From: Isurus oxyrinchus
Taxonomy: Eukaryota
DNA: 64,000 bases
Direction of reading: 5' to 3'
Assembly: GCA_026770705.1 (NCBI GenBank)
Contig: JANJGN010000014.1
Location: forward strand, 83,018,001-83,082,000
Part shown: positions 48,971-61,551 of the stretch, one piece after another
Layout of the letters: each line of letters begins with the position of its first letter
Position numbering within the stretch: position 1 is the first letter of the stretch
Translations under genes and position numbers: made by a program
Notes under the pieces: model-generated
The model's input: only the letters and a program-made list of their open reading frames with translations
The model's database searches: none
What the model was told of the DNA's origin: nothing

Positions 48971-49050
48971 TCCACAGATGCTGACTGAGCTGCCAATTGT
49001 TTTCAGCATTTCATGTTCTTAAACTTCCAGTGTTTGCCATTTTTGATTTG
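48971..49050 (+). mobile_element. Degraded Penelope-type micro-insert
   Basis: tccacagatgctg...ttttcagcattt...ttccag resembles 2904-2990. Confidence 0.45.
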
Positions 49051-52000
49051 ATTTAATAGCATCATTTTAGATGTTTATAAAAAATACATTAAAAAATTGT
49101 TTTAGTCGTGTAGAATTTCTCCCTCCAGTTTCATTTCTACTCATCCTATCTCAAGATATATTGTGATAAATTTGATGCTATTGACAAACTTGGTCATAAT
49201 CAAGATGCTTATAACAATCAGGATAATTATCAGGATAACAATTTATACAATAAGGCCACTGGCTGATTTACAGGCCAAGGTTATGTAAGCCATGTTTTCT
49301 TCAAATCTTCCATTCAATACATAAGCCTACATTTGATTTTTATTGAAGCTGAAGACAAGTAAAAAATAAGCCTGTGCCATGCGATGGTATCGTTAGCAAT
49401 AAAATCGAACACTTTCTGCTTCTGTTGACTGGCTTATTTACACATTGTGCTGAGTCTACAAACCAAAGGGTAAAACCTCGGGATTGCTGCAAGCCTCATC
49501 AAATCTTCTGCTGAGCTTGGAAAATGGAACAAAGTGCAGTTGCGCTGAACATACTGGAGAAAATCCCATTGAAGTAGGCATTTAGTAAGTGGAGTGGTAG
49601 GCCTCTGGTCACCAAAATACAGCAAAACATTGACAATATTCAGAATAATATGCATAGTCATATGTCTGTAATAAATACTTTAGCCAGTATTCATAGAGTG
49701 AGGCATGGCTTAATTTAATAAGACCTAAATGTTTCTTTATATCACAACAAGGAGTGTAATGGCAGTGCGATAATGCACTTGTTCCGAGTCCCTTGTCCCC
49801 CTCACTCAATTACTATGCAGAACAAGAGGTGCCAAGTTTAGCCCAGCCTATGTTAAATTCACCAACCTCAGATGAGAAGGTAGTGGAATTTGCATTCATA
49901 TAATGTCATTAACATAGTAAAATGTCCAGATCATTTCGCCAGAACATTACCAAATGAAGTTTGACACCAATCATAGTGCCTCCTTGATTGTTATGAATGA
50001 TGACTATAATATTAAGTTCAGACTTGATGGCTTTTACTGTTAAATGGCACACAAAATTATTGCCCAATTGACTCAGGAAGGACTGCTAGTTGGTCTCAAT
50101 AATTAAGAGTCCATTAATGATATGTACTCAGAAAACAAATACTTTTGCCTTAAGATTAATGGCATTGTCATTTAGGAGCTGTTGTAAAACATACTTGGAA
50201 GGCATGTTCAACAAGATTGCAAAAAAGTGTCTGACTGATCATGTGACATCAACACAAAGAAAGGTGATAATCAGTAATCAGAATTGGTTATTAGATATTT
50301 AACTATATTTTTCAGGCACAATTTCAAAAAAATTATTCCAGGTTGTACATTATGTTCAATTTTATATGAAATTTGGAAAATAATTTCAATTCAATTTAAT
50401 ATATCAGTAGAATTATATATCATATCTCATGCCTGATATGAAAATAGTATAGTAGTTTTTATATAGAAAATCTTTGGACCTGCAGAGAATGCAATCTAAG
50501 TTAAGCCAAAAAGTGAAAAATAAAGATAAACAGAGTTTTAAATATAGTGCATTTCGGTGAATTTTGTTTCTGTGCGTTCTTCTCATGTTTCAGTTTTAAT
50601 GCTAGGGCTTGGGCTGATTTTACAGAAGTGACATTCAGGGTAAACCTCAAAATGCCTGGTGGGCTGCTGGAAAAATCTATGATTTGCCACACAGGAAGTA
50701 CAGCGGGTAGGGCAGGTCTCCTCCCACCAGACTACGTCAGCACCCTACAAATGCAAAATACTTGAGATGGGCCATTAGCAGAAATAGGGTGGACACCATC
50801 ATACAGGCATTCTTTATATCAGAGGTAATAAAGAAAAAACTACTTGGAGTTCCAGCTCCCCTTCTAATATAAGCATAGGAGAGGGACAGAGGAAAAAAGT
50901 TCCACCTACCATTCCTGTTGGAATTTGGACAGAAATTTGTGTCCTGTTTCTTCAGAAGCCAGAAATTTCTAAAGCGGAGAATTTAACAATTCCAAGCTTA
51001 ATGATATTTATTCAAAAACACTACAGATTTACCTATCACTTAATACTCCAACTTACAAATTTTTAGATTATGAAGTTCAGAAGTTTCTATTATAAGCAAA
51101 GGTTGAATCTGAGTAGTACTCATTTATATTCATTATGATAAATGTAGCTTGAAGAGAAAAATATATTATTTTAGTTACATTTCTGATCATGTACTGAATT
51201 ATATTTCATTATTTTGTTCTGTTATTAGAATTCCTACATCAGTAGTATTCTATAAAATTTGCATGGTAGTTCATTTTGAATTGATAGTTAGATCTGAACT
51301 GAACACATGAGCACATACACATCTTATTTGTAAATATATAGTTCAATATATGTATTATGCCTCTTCATCCTGATTTCTCTCCTTGGGTTTCCCCAAGAAC
51401 TTTGTCAAATCAGTGGTACCATGCAGTTGCATCACTTTAAAAGTGAATAGTTGTGGTTATATATTACCAGACAAGCATACAAAAAAGAAAATCACCCCTC
51501 TCCCATTGAAATATTATGTAGTCTAGGTTACAGTGTATAATCCATTCTGCGCTTCAGTCTTCAGAAATATTGTCATCTTCTTTCCTAAAAATGACAAATA
51601 ATCTTCAGCATTATACTAAAAATGACTTCAAAATGTGATATACAAAGATTAAAAATTTTATTGGAAAGGCTTATTATACAAGATATAAATTTGAATGTTT
51701 GTTGTATGTCATACCTTTTGTAAATTAAATATTAATCATGCAAATGTCATTTATTTAAAGGAAAGGAGGGGCTTTTACCAAGAAATTTGAGGATCTGAAT
51801 GAGTGATTGGCAATCTGGTGAGAAAACAACAGTTCTATTTTCATAACTAGCTAAGAACACTATCAGAATAAAAAGTCTATCAAATAGCAGGCAGACCACA
51901 CCTAAATGAAGAGGAAACAAGGAAACATGTAAGGAACTTTCCGACTGGGATCAATAACCATTTGTGCTCGACAGATGGAGGAAGGGCAGGAAGGAAATCT

Positions 52001-54051
52001 GATCTCAGGCGAGACTAATTGCAGGGTACAAGGTAACTAACAGGCGGATATGGATATAGAGACACCGTGGGCAGAATTTTAATGGAACTGATGTGTTCGC
52101 AGTGGGACTACTGGCAGTGGGTTGTGAACCCGATTGTTGCAGTGGTGGTCTTTGGCATAGCTGTTTAACTCATCTATTGCATTAGCATCCTGCTTCTGAG
52201 TTTCTCTACCAATCACAGAGTGTGGGCATGATGACAACGCATACCTGCCTGTCAATGGAAAAATTTCCAGTTAAAGGGGCCCTGACAGGAATCACAATGG
52301 CTGAATTCTACATTAATTCATGTGCTTCAGCATCCACAGTAATGGCAGTGAAACGTGGGAAGGCTGTCTTCTCGTTTTCTGACTCTTTGAAGTTGGAGGC
52401 TGTAAAGGACTGCATTGAAGAGCAGTTTCCTGCAGATGGGAGGAAGAGACCAGCCTTTTAAAACAAGCAGGAATGGATAGGAGTGGCTACAGAAATGAGC
52501 AGCAGGAGTAGGGTTCGTCAAACCTGGGTACAATGCACCAGGAGATTCAATGACCACATGAGGTCAGACAAGATGATTGGCGTCCTATTCTTAGGTGCTA
52601 AACCCTACACTCTGACTTCCTAAGCATTCTCCTGCAGAGCACTCCTCAGACCCTCGAGGTACTTTCTCATCTCACCATCTAAACAAACAACATTGACATT
52701 CCATCTCAACTTTGTGTCATGCCATTTCTCATAGTCACTCTCCACAAATGTTGTCATTCCCTCTTCTCCACACAATCAATTTGTCACACTCAGTATTGCA
52801 ACTTCAGGGGACAAATATTATGTAGTCCTGGTTCCAGTGCATAATCTATCCTGCAATTCAGTCTTCAGAAATATTGTCACTTCTTTCCTACAAATGACAC
52901 ATTATCTTCAGCATTGTACTAAAATGATTTCAAAATGTGATATACAAAGATTAAAAATATAATTGGAAAGGCTTATTATACAAGATATAAATTTGAAGGT
53001 TTGAGAAATTGAATGTTTCACAAATATTGTCATCTCCTCCAGTGAGAGCTACCCTGACTGCTGCTGCTTCTGCGGAGGCCTTGGAGATTACCGGAGTGGC
53101 GGGGTACATGGCCAGTGATGATTAAAGGATGGAGGCCTCTCAGAAATCTGGTGCCAGAAATAGAAATTACATTACAACTTGGCACGGAACAATCATTAGG
53201 GTTGATTTGCTGTCAACACTACTTGAAATGTGAACCTCTACGCAATGGTGACATTTTACCTTTTCCCCATGTCATTTCTAATTCACGATTTCCACCTCCC
53301 ACAAATCCATCAGGCATGACTCAGGAGCTAGAACAGAAGGAGCCTGAGGAGTCCTTAAAGGAGATCATGTACTCTGAGGAAGCACATTTGTATGACCCAT
53401 TCACACCCTCCACCACTCAGATACACACACTTCAGTGGGGACTACAAGGGAGATAGATAGGTTGTCTCATGGTGAGCAGCGCATGACAAGTGAGCAGAAG
53501 CAGGTGTTGGATGCAGGGGCAGCAGTGGAGAGTTCCTGTTGAAGGATGTCGGACACACCACGCTGTGCTCAGCTGGATGCAGATGTAGAGACTCAGGGGT
53601 CATCCATGAAGAGGACTATTCTGGGGCAGCAGTAAAAAATGCCTGAGGTTCTTTCGGTATTTCCAGAGGCACTGAGGACCGTTCAGAGAGAAAGACGGCG
53701 TCCACTTCCATGGAAAGAGTGCCCAGCTGCATGGAGAATTAGATGCAGACAAGCAAGTGCATGCTTGCCCAGCACAATAGCCTGCACACAGCCTGTTACT
53801 AAATGGGATGAAGAAAAGCCTTATCTTAGCTATTCAGTGCCTCACTGAAGTGCAGTGAAGTGCTCTTGGACCATGAGAAAGAAGATGGAGAAAGGACACA
53901 TGAGAGTGGAAACGCTGCTTAAGGCATCATCCCTTGTCCTCTGCCTCTCAATCAAAGCCCCAAATGCTGACTCCTGCCCCAATGACTAAACCTTGCCCCT
54001 GCACAGGTGAAGGTAGGACATGATACCTAACTCAGAGGACCCAAAACCTGA

Positions 54052-56857
54052 AGAACTCATAGATGTCCACAGCACAGAAGGAGGCCATTCAGCCCATCGT
54101 GTCTGCGCCAGTCAACAAAGATCTGACTACACTAATCCAATTTTCCAGCACTTGGCCCTGGAGGCTGTGGCAATGCAAGTGACTATCTAAATACTTCTTA
54201 AATGTTATGAGAGGTTCTGACTCGACCACGCTTTCAGGCAGTGAGTCCAGATTCCCAACGCCCTCTGGTGAAAAAATTTCTCCTCAGCTCCCCTCTTAGT
54301 ATTCTACCTCTTACCTTAAATCTCTGCCCCCTGGTTATTGACCCCTCTAATGGAAAAAGTGCTTTCCTATCCACCCTATCTATGTCCCTCATAATCTCAT
54401 ATACCTCTATCAGGTCCCCTCTCAACCTTTGTTGCTCCAAAGAAAACAACCCCAGCCTATCCAATCTTTCTTCATAGCTCAGATCCTCCAGCCCAGGCAC
54501 CATCCTGGTGAATTTCCTCTCCACCCACTCCAGTGCAATCACATACTTCCTATAATGTGGTGACCAGAACTGCACGCAGTACTCCAGTTGTGGCCTAACC
54601 AACGTTTTATGCAGTTCCAGCATAACCCCCCTGCTCTTGTATTCTATGCTTCAGCTAATAAAGGCAAGTATCCCATATGCCTTCTTAACCACCTTATTTA
54701 CCTGCCCTGCTACCTTCAGGGATCTGTGGATATGCACACCAAGGTCCCTTTGATCTTCAGTACTTTCCAGGGTCCTACCATTCATCGTGTAATCCCTTGC
54801 TTTGTTAGCCCTCCCCAAGTGCATTACCTCACAACTTTCTAGGTTGACTTCCATTTGCCATTGCTCTGCCCACCCGACCAGTCCATTGATATCCTCCTGC
54901 AGTTGACGCCTTTCCTCCTCACTATTTACCACCTTACCAATTCTCATCTCATCCGTGAACTTCTTGATTATACCCCCTACATTTAAGTCCAAATCATTTA
55001 TGTACACCACAAACAGCAAGGGCCCCAGCACTGAGCCCTGCAGAACCCCAGTGGAAACAGACTTCCAGTCACAGAAACATCCCTCTGCCATCCCTGTCTT
55101 TTTCCTGTCTCTCAGCCAATTTTGGATCCAATGTGCCACTTTGCCTTGGATCCCATGGGCTCTTACTTTCTTGACCAGACTGCCATGAGGGACCTTATGA
55201 AAAGCTGTGCTAAAGCCCATGTCGACCACACCAAATGCATCACCCTCACCAACACTCCTGGTTACCTCCTCAAAAAATTCGATCATATTTGTCAAACACG
55301 ACCTTCCCATAACAAATCTATGCTGACTATCCCTGATTAATTTGTGTGTCTCCAAGTGTAGAAATATTCTGTCTCTCAGAATTCTTTCTAGTAATGTCCC
55401 TCCAACCGAGGTTAGACTGATTGACCTGCAATTTCCTGGTCTATCCCTTCCTCCTTTTTTTAATACTGGGACAATGTTAGTAGCCCTCCAGTCTTCTGGC
55501 ACCTCACCTGTGGCCGAAGACGTTTTGAAAATTGCTGCCAGGTACCCTGATATCTCTTCCCTTGCCTCCCTCAACAGCCTGGGATACATCTCATCCGGGC
55601 CTATGGATTTATCCACTTTTAAGGCTGCTAAACCTGCTTGTATCTCCTCTCTCTCTCTCTAATGTTAATTTCCTCTAATATTTCACAGTCCTCCACCCTG
55701 ATGTCTATAGCAGCGTTGTCCTTTTCCATTCTGGAGACCAACGCAAAGTATTCATTGAAGACTGCACCCACGTCTTCTGGGCCCACACGCAGATTACCTC
55801 TATGGTCCCTATGTGGCCCTACTCTTTCCCTTGTTATTTTCTTGCTCTTTTTGTATTTTAAAAACCCCGTTAGATTTTCCTTTGTTCTACCCACCACTGC
55901 TTTTTCATGCATTCTCTTAGCTTTTCTAATTTCCTATTTCAGTTCCCCTCTGCATTTTTATATTCCTCAAAGGACTCAGTCATATTGAGCCCTTGGTATC
56001 TGCCATTAGCTTCTCTTTTCTCCTTAATCCTAACCTTTATGTCCCTTGACATTCAGGGTTCTGCAGACTTGGTCCCCCCACCCTTTGTCTTTACAGGAAT
56101 ATATTTGCCCTGTACTCTCAATGTTTCCTCCTTGAATGCCTTCCACTGCTCTGACAGTTTTATCTGCAAGTAACTACTCCCTGTCCACTTGGGCCTAATC
56201 GCATCTCATTTTAGTAAAATTAGCTTTTCCCCAGTTTAGAACATTTATTCCTGGCCCAGCCTTATCCTTTTCCATAACTATCCTAAATCTAACTGAGATA
56301 TGCCTTCCACCTGCCTGGGCTCATTTCCAAGTATTAGGTCCAGAACTTTGATTACATATTTGATCCTTTCTCTCTCCCTGACTGTTTGGGGGCCTATAGT
56401 ACACACCCAACAGCGTGTCTTCCCCTTTTGTGTTTCTTACTTCTACCCATATGGCTTCATTTGATGATCCTTTCAAGATATCATCCCTCCTCAATGCTAT
56501 AATTGATCTCTTGATCAATATTGCAACCCCCGCCCCCCCATCCTATCCCCCTCTCTATCTCATCTGAATACCCTATAACCAGGAATGTTGAGCTGCCAAA
56601 CCTGAACTTTTAGCTAAGTCTCGGTCATAATTATGATATCATACTCTCACGTGCCTATCTGGGCCCTCAGCTCATTTATCTTATTCCTCAGGCTCCTTGC
56701 ATTAAAATGTATTCCATTTAACCTAGCTAAACTCACTTCTTTCTTATCTAGCCTGTTTCCTCTGCCTTCCAGACTCACTTTAACTACTAATTCATCTCAG
56801 CTTCTCTCCCCTCTGAGCTACTTTTCAGGATCCTATCCCCTGCCAATTTAGTTTAAA
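54052..56857 (-). mobile_element. CR1 LINE, near-complete ORF2 (APE endonuclease plus RT), 5'-truncated at the end of ORF1
   Basis: LLGVYYRPPNSQ (APE); 321-aa RT stretch DKSIGPDEMYPRLL..QGSVLGPLLFVVYINDL; LVRPQLEYCVQFWSP. Confidence 0.96.
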
Positions 56858-57653
56858 TCTGCCCCAAGGATGGATGGCATGTGCATCTCAGCTGACAAGA
56901 GTAGAGGAATGAGCAGCCAGCCTCTAGCTTTACCAAAGCTACAATGGTAGCACCACATAGAGATAATCAGAAGACAAAAGGAAAGACTTTTTATGTTGCA
57001 CAAGGGATTCACTTGGGTAATCATAAAAATGTTAATGCCTTAATTTATTGCAAAATGTAAATGAGGCAGACACTTTATTGTAAGTTTCCACTGCCCATTC
57101 ATCTCCATTATTGCCTCCTCTCCAAAAAGACATTAGTCTTTAGGAGAATGGGTGACCAGAGTGAAAGATGGGCAAAGGATCTGAATCAGATGGAGAGATT
57201 TCTGACTGTGGGAATGATTTGTGTTTAGGGGGTATGCAGGGCAATGAGTTTCACATTGTTGTGCCATTTTGGCTTCACATAGTCAGGATATCTGAGACAT
57301 GCCTGGATGAGTTCTTCATGGGCTTCTCTGGCAGCTGGGGCACTTTGACTGCTTCATCTCTTCATCTTACTCCTCCTCCTCTTCTGAGGATGCAATGTGG
57401 TCCTCATCTTCCTCCTCCTACAGCTCCAGTCCATTCCTCAGCACAATGTTGTACAAGGCACAGCAGACCATTATCACTCAGGAGGCCCTTCCAGGTGCAA
57501 ATTGATGTGGAAGATCTGTGCAAGCACCTGAATCACATCTTCAGCAACACAATAGCTTGCTGTATGAGTATTCTTGTGCTTATTTAACATACTTTTCCTC
57601 TGCCTCAGTGGTAGGAATCCTCTTGGGTGTTACCAGCCACATGTGCAGCCTAT

Positions 57654-57814
57654 GACCGGGATTTTCTGGCACCACCATGTCAGGACCCGCTACGGGAGAT
57701 TCGGTGGCCCAGCCAAAAGTCCATTGACTTTTGGCAGGACTGGGCGATCCTGGCGATGGACTGTGGGTGCGGTGGGTGGGGGGTGCGGGGTTGGGGTGTG
57801 TGAAAATCCCATTC
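57654..57814. mobile_element. Short MITE inside the transposase
   Basis: gggattttc / gaaaatccc TIRs; internal palindrome ccaaaagtccattgacttttgg. Confidence 0.75.
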
Positions 57815-59579
57815 GATGACTCTGTACCTGTGGGAATCCAGAAAATGTGAGAGTCCTCTGGTTCTGACTGTCCTTATTAGTGCCAAAGTGGATATAACTT
57901 GCAACCCTGGCCACCTTAGCATAAGTCACCTGGAAAATGTACTTGTGGGCAGCAGATTGTGAAATTCTGTAGATCACACAAGCAGATCCCTGAAACAAAC
58001 TGGAGATGAAGAAATTCAGGGCTGTGGTTATCTTGACAGTCACTGGCAATGTGTGCCCCCCTGGTTCACTAAGAAGGAGGACTTGCTTCAGGAGGCTGCA
58101 CATGTCAGCAGTAACCTGCTCTGAAAGCTTGAGTCTCCCGAGGCACTGGTGCTCATATTGGGCAAGTTCATTTCCGCCTGTTTACCTGGTGCTGGAGGTA
58201 TCACTTATTTCAAGCTGAACACCTCCTCTGTGTCCTGTAGAGCAGCATAAGGCTGAGGAGAATGCAGCTGCTGCATGCTGTAGGTGTTCCTCCAGCAGCT
58301 AGCTTTGGTATCGCTGCTCCTCTTGCTCCTCATCAATGGCCCAAAGTAGAGCTGCATAGGCTGTTCCCGTGCTGCCTTGAAAGCTAACAACAAGGAAGTG
58401 CAGATCAAGGTGGAGAAAGTGTAAGATAGATGAAATGACTTACAAAAGATCAGAAATCACCTTAAAAACAGCGAAAGCACACACTTGTTGATTCTGGCAT
58501 GTTTCGCACAGCTTGGAAAATTCATCGACTGGATGTAAAAGTCAAAATGCTGGGCGTAAGGCAGAACTAATAGGCTATTCACATATTGAATTTACAGGCA
58601 TCTCCACAGGGGTTTCCTGCACACCTATAAATGTGCCCTGGTAAAAACCGGAAGTGAGCTGGATCATGTTGGATGTCCAACATGCTAGAATATTTGGGTG
58701 ATCATCCCCCCCACCCCACCACCCCCTGGCCCATCCCCACCACTGGCACCAGAACATGCGCCCTCATTTCTGACAGATGAATCTGCAACACTGCTCTGCC
58801 GCCATACCCATGATAGGTTGGGATGTGTGTTGACCCCAACAACCCCCATCAAACTTGAATAACTTGCATGCATTATTTTGGTTGGGGGAGGTAGGAAATT
58901 GCTGGAAGTGCCAAGAAACAGGAGGTGTGCTGACAGGTCCAGGTGATAAAAGATTTTTTTTTTTAAATACAAATTTGTCTCTATAACAGAAAGGCCTTAA
59001 GTAGCCAAATGACTGACTGCCATAAGAAAATTGTCCATTTCAAATTTGGACCTTACTTCCACGACGTGATACTTTATGCAGGTGTGAAATAAACCGAGGT
59101 TTCCAGAGACAAAACTGGCAAGAAATCCAATATTTGCATCATCTCACCCAGTGCTGTTTCCATCTCTGATGACAGCTGGACAAGAGACAGATGAAATAAC
59201 CACAACCACGACCCACCGTGTCCACCAAACACCCAAGGAAGCAGCTGAACATCAAAAAAGGGACAAGGGTGGTTTAATGCCCCAAATATTTCAGTGTGTT
59301 GGACACTCCACATGATCCAACTCACTTTCTGTTTATAGGTTTGCAGGAAATCTCTGTGGAGATGTCTGTAATTTCAATATGTGAATAGCCAAAATTAAGA
59401 GGCCCCACCTTATTTCTGCTTCACCCACCACTGTAACTCGCCCAGTTCAGTGTAAATCAGAAGAAATTTTAGGACCAGAAACGCAGAGACCTAAATGAAT
59501 TTGAGACCAGGAAACTTGAGGTCATGAAAGAAGGCAAAGCGTAACAAGCCTGCTCAAAAAATCAGAAATAAGATGACAG

Positions 59580-60795
59580 ATGCAGCTATTGTGATCGTAG
59601 GAAAAAATAATGTAGGAATATCTGAAACATGGCTTAGTCAAGAGGATGGTAATGAATATAATATTCTGGGGGTATAGAGTGTTCAGAAAGGAATGGACAG
59701 AAAAAAAGCAGGCATAGTTTTATGGATGGGAAACCTAGAGATAAATGAATAAAGTATGAGAAAAGGACAGAGAACAGGAAGATTATTTTAATGGGTGGAT
59801 TCAGTTAACCCAATTGTTTCTAGAGTCAAATTTAATAAATGCAAAGCATAACTGTTTCTTGACAGTGCATCAGGGAAGCGACCGCAGCCAGTAACTTGGA
59901 AATGTGCCAATATGTGCCTATATTCAAGAAGATCAACAAAACAAAGGCAACCACAAACACATTAGTCTTCTGTTCTATGTAAAAATAAAGGGTTTAATTA
60001 TTAGGGACAAACTCAATAATTAAGTATACAATAAAATAACCTAGTAAACAGGAGTCATAAGATAAATAGCCAGGATGACCATCTCTTTGACTTCTTCAAG
60101 GAACTGACAACACAAGGGGACCATGGAGGCCCTACACATAATAGGTACACTAGGCTTCCAGTAGGAATTTGACAATATTTTACACAAAAGACTGTTAGTT
60201 AAGTTCAAAGTTGGAGGAATGCAGAGTAAATCTTGGGGAGTGATAAGGAATTTGGCAGAAGGTTGAAAATAATAAGTATTTGTTAGAGAAGTTACAATGC
60301 CATGAGAAAAAGTGTTAAATGAGAGATCCCAGAGATTGGTGTTGGAACATCTAATGTTTCCAATTTACATCAATGACTTGAATTCAGAAACCCAATGCAA
60401 ATCAAGGGCTTGCAGAGGGGACAGTGGAATTACAGAGGCAACTCAGAAAGTACAGAGTGATTTACACAAGCCAATGGACAGAGCAATGGCAAATAAAATT
60501 TAATGTGGACAAGTGCAGAGTACCACAAAAAAGAAAGGAAGAATGGCAACCTTATGTACTCCTTGCGTAAATACATGGAAATTGAGTTGATAGTTATCTA
60601 GATGCTTGGCATGTCAAATCACAGCAGAGCCACAATTAACAGAAGAGTGTGTTAAACTAAAAATGTAAAACAGAAAGAACATAAATCAGGGAAAGACAGG
60701 CCACAAGTACTGTGACAATTTTTGGTCACTGAGGCAGAAACACAACGTTCATGTTTTGACTGGAGGGAGTGTAGAAGAGATCCACAAGGCAGACC
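59580..60795 (+). mobile_element. Highly decayed CR1 ORF2
   Basis: VGISETWL, ANMCLYSR, LMFPIYINDL, FNVDKC relics. Confidence 0.65.
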
Positions 60796-61551
60796 CATTC
60801 ACCCCTACACTTGAGAGGGTAGATGGGGATGGTCACAGTGGCTTGGAAAAGCTGATATGGTGAAGGTCTTGCTTAATTTGTCAGCACCTCATTTGAATTT
60901 TGTCTTCTTCTTACCTGATTGGCAGCCAGGCAGTTTAAGAGATTGGCTGGCTGTTCGAGGAGTGGGGCTGTTGGTGAATGGGACATATTGTTTGGTAGTA
61001 TTAAGATGTAGCCAATGGCTCCAGACTGCATTTTGGGCAAGCTATGTGAGGCAAGTTGTGGCCCTCAGAGACACCCATTCTGTTTCTTTCTCAGTCACTG
61101 TGCTACCTCACTCTCATGATATCCCCTACCTCTTCACCTTACCCATTTCTATTCCTACCATCCTTTATTCCTAACACTAGCTTTATTTCTTCAACTTGCA
61201 ACAACCCACTTAACTTCTGTATCCTCCATATTTCTTTTTCTTTGCTGTCAATTCCCCAACCCTTACCTCATCCATTCTCTCCCACTCTCACTTAGGCCCC
61301 CAAAGGATAATAGCAAGAGGTCAGATGTTTTATCACTCATAATAAAGTTCCCTCCTCTGCAACCCTCCCCCTCTTCCCTTTCTTCTCATATTTTCTCTCA
61401 AAGAAACTTTGTTTTTAAAATCCAGCTTGTTTCTTTTAAAAATCAAAGGTTGAGGAAAGGAACTACCTTATTGCATTTATCTCCATTTTTATCTTGTTCT
61501 CTGTTTCTTTGTCTTTCTCCTATGCTGTCTTAAAGATAATAGAAATACAGC

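Larger units (their letters stand above)
52069..58690. mobile_element. PIF/Harbinger transposon (Myb on +, transposase on -) interrupted by a CR1 and a MITE
   Basis: TIR gggcagaatttt. Myb at 52342-52570 (MAVKRGK..EWIGVATEMSSRSRVRQTWVQCTRRFND). HARBI at ~58200-57150 (TLPVTVKITTALNFF..FQGS..SGFPQVQ). Right end approximate. Confidence 0.8.

Noticed and set aside
54651-55616. Longest ORF (321 aa) as a functional reverse transcriptase
   Set aside because: The catalytic motif is degraded (KFTDEM instead of KFADDT) and the flanking parts of ORF2 are frameshifted.
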